Below are positions 1-64,000 of a DNA stretch of 64,000 bases, piece by piece. Where the stretch lies: NCBI RefSeq assembly GCF_009914755.1, contig NC_060928.1; one strand, written 5' to 3'. This stretch comes from the human T2T-CHM13v2.0 reference genome, Homo sapiens. Positions within the stretch are counted from its first letter, which is position 1. Each line of letters opens with the position of its first letter. A model generated the notes under the pieces. That model was not told the DNA's origin. It searched no databases and saw nothing but the letters and a program-made list of their open reading frames with translations. Position numbers and translations under genes: made by a program.

Positions 1-267
1 AAATCATAAACCAGCTATGTAAACAAAAAATTTTGTTTCAGCTCCACTGTAATCTTGTTAACAATATGGCTTATGTTAACTAAATATTTTTTTAAAAAAG
101 AAAAGTTTAGTCAAAAGAGCAAATCATCTAACAAATAGACTGCAAGATTAATAGAAGCATGACATGTAGGGGAAAATATGCACCTAAAGTAAATCTCTCT
201 AAGGAACAAACTAGATAGACTTTATAAATGAAATCAAAGGCAGAAATATTGGGCCTGCTCAAAGTTA

Positions 268-729
<462 letters not shown>

Positions 730-2100
730 ATTCATAGCAGTTGCTAAGAAAAAAAGGTAAAAATGCTGGTTTAACAACTGGTACTATACAGTCACAGTCT
801 AGAGACTCATTAGCATACTGCCTTTCTAAGCCACACATGAGAAACTGCAAAATGCCCATTTCATACTCTCTCAGAATATTGTATGACAAAACTTAGCCTT
901 TGTTCAAACTTATCTAATGAACAGCTGCTCTAGCTGTTGGAATACTTTTTCCAGACATGAAATCTGCCCCTAATATTCTGATTTCATTATTTCTACAGAT
1001 GCCAAATACTAGCCCATTTACGCCAGTCTTCATCAGGGAAGAGTATATCATATAGTATAGAAGAGGGGAAAAGCTATGTGGGGCAAGAGAATGATAGCAA
1101 AACGATAGAAGACTAAATACTAGTGAAGTAATAGTGAAATCTAAAGTAATTTTGGCTGGCTCAGACTTGTAAGTTTAAATCTATATTCCTGTAGGAATGA
1201 AGTTATAAATTACAGTAGATTACTAGGTGAAAAGAAAGGATTTTTCAACCAAGTGATGATAAAATCAGAGTTTTGTAAACTCCATAGTTTTCTAAAACAT
1301 CTGTTATAAAGTGGAAAACATTTAAATATCCGTAAATGTTTGAATTTGTTCAATAGAGATAAAAATGGATAGAGGTTATAAAAAAGAGGTCTCAGAAAAC
1401 ATGGTAGTTCTTTCATTTGGTAACAAAAGAAAGCATTGATTGTGGTACCTTTCTTCTGTGGCTCTCTTTGGTTGACATGTGATGCATTGTTTTAGATTAT
1501 TTCCTTAGTAGAAACAAGTGCCTCATCCATCACTTTAAATGGATTCATTAATTACTATTGCTATTTCTACTTAATGTAATTATGTCTTTTATTTGAGAAG
1601 ATTGAAGTCCACAGTTCATAAAACCTATGTTTTAGTGTTGTGTATGTTTATGGAAATAAGTATTTATGAAAAATTGTAGTTTCTGTGATGCAAAAGTTCA
1701 AATACCAATATGATAGTTAAATAAAGCATCATACTTTAAACATTTTACTGCATATATTTTGGTATAAAAATATGGATATATTAGGGTAAAGGTGTACTTT
1801 TACTCTTTAAGTGGTACTTTACTGTTCTTAGCATAAAAATCTTTAAATTTTTTCAGTATATAACTGGAATCTAGAAATTAAAGTTGTTTTTAGAATGCTA
1901 AATTAAAATATAACAGAAACATCAAGTTTTTTCTTTTTTTGGCCAGTGTTTTGTATTTATTTTATTAATATGCTTCTCTGTATCATGGAATTCTATTTTA
2001 AAATAAATTGAATTACTTTGGGTGTATAAAAATGTTTGAGTAAAAACTTTGAAGTTCTTAAAAAGTTGACTAAAAATTTTTTTGTAATTGGTGTCTTTAG

Positions 2101-63419
<61,319 letters not shown>

Positions 63420-64000
63420 GTAGGATTCTACAACAAATATGTTTTTTCTTGGCATATATAAATGTAAGATGATTTTGCAGAAGGGAACATGTTTTTTTCC
63501 TTTGACTATTGCTACAATTCGGTATTCTATAAGAAAGAGAAAGGTATTTCTCCCTATATTGAACACGTGGTATTTAGCTACTTGTCACTCACATTCTGTA
63601 CAGAATAGAAAATAAACTTTGGTAAGAAAATTAAGTGGTATGGCCCCAAATTAGGAACTTCTATTTCCCATGTTTCTATTTCCCATGTGTTTTTTCCATG
63701 CTATTTACTTGCTCGTTATAGAACAGAGAAGACATGATCTTTATAGTCTTTCTTATTTTTTAAGTCATTCTGTTTGTAAAACAGTGTTAGAAAGAATTAA
63801 TTGTAATATTAATCAAAACCAGAGAGTCTGTAAAATACAGCAGCAATAAGGTGACACACATTCCTCTTAAAGTCCCTAGTTAGGTAAAAGGAAAGTAGAG
63901 CTGTTATACATCATTTTAATATTTTTGATTCTTATTTAGCACATTTTATCATTTAGATGCTTAAATGTTTTCAGAATGTCAGAGATTCAATTCAGAAAAA

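Overview
Primate genomic DNA, almost certainly human given an AluYa5 with all five diagnostic positions. It is AT-rich and lies entirely inside one large spliced + strand gene. I traced 29 consecutive GT-AG coding exons (2101-63419, 5154 nt, about 1718 codons) whose phases join into one uninterrupted ORF. From memory the peptide is the N-terminal part of BLTP1/KIAA1109 (bridge-like lipid transfer protein 1; homologues Csf1, LPD-3 and tweek; mutated in Alkuraya-Kucinskas syndrome). The start and stop codons lie outside the window. Introns contain 11 Alus, an antisense L1PB-like element, older L1/L2/MIR fragments, MLT1 LTRs, DNA-transposon fossils and tandem repeats. I see no independent gene, RNA gene or new multi-gene system. 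The best leads are regulatory: (i) a MIR-derived CT/CA minisatellite forming an array of 3' splice sites ahead of a consensus donor, a candidate VNTR-tuned poison exon; (ii) exon junctions that regenerate 5' splice sites; (iii) a phospho-FFAT-like motif and polybasic patch in the 838-nt exon; (iv) a young AluYa5; (v) template-switch micro-inversions inside Alus. Repeat family names come from recall of consensus sequences, not from a search.
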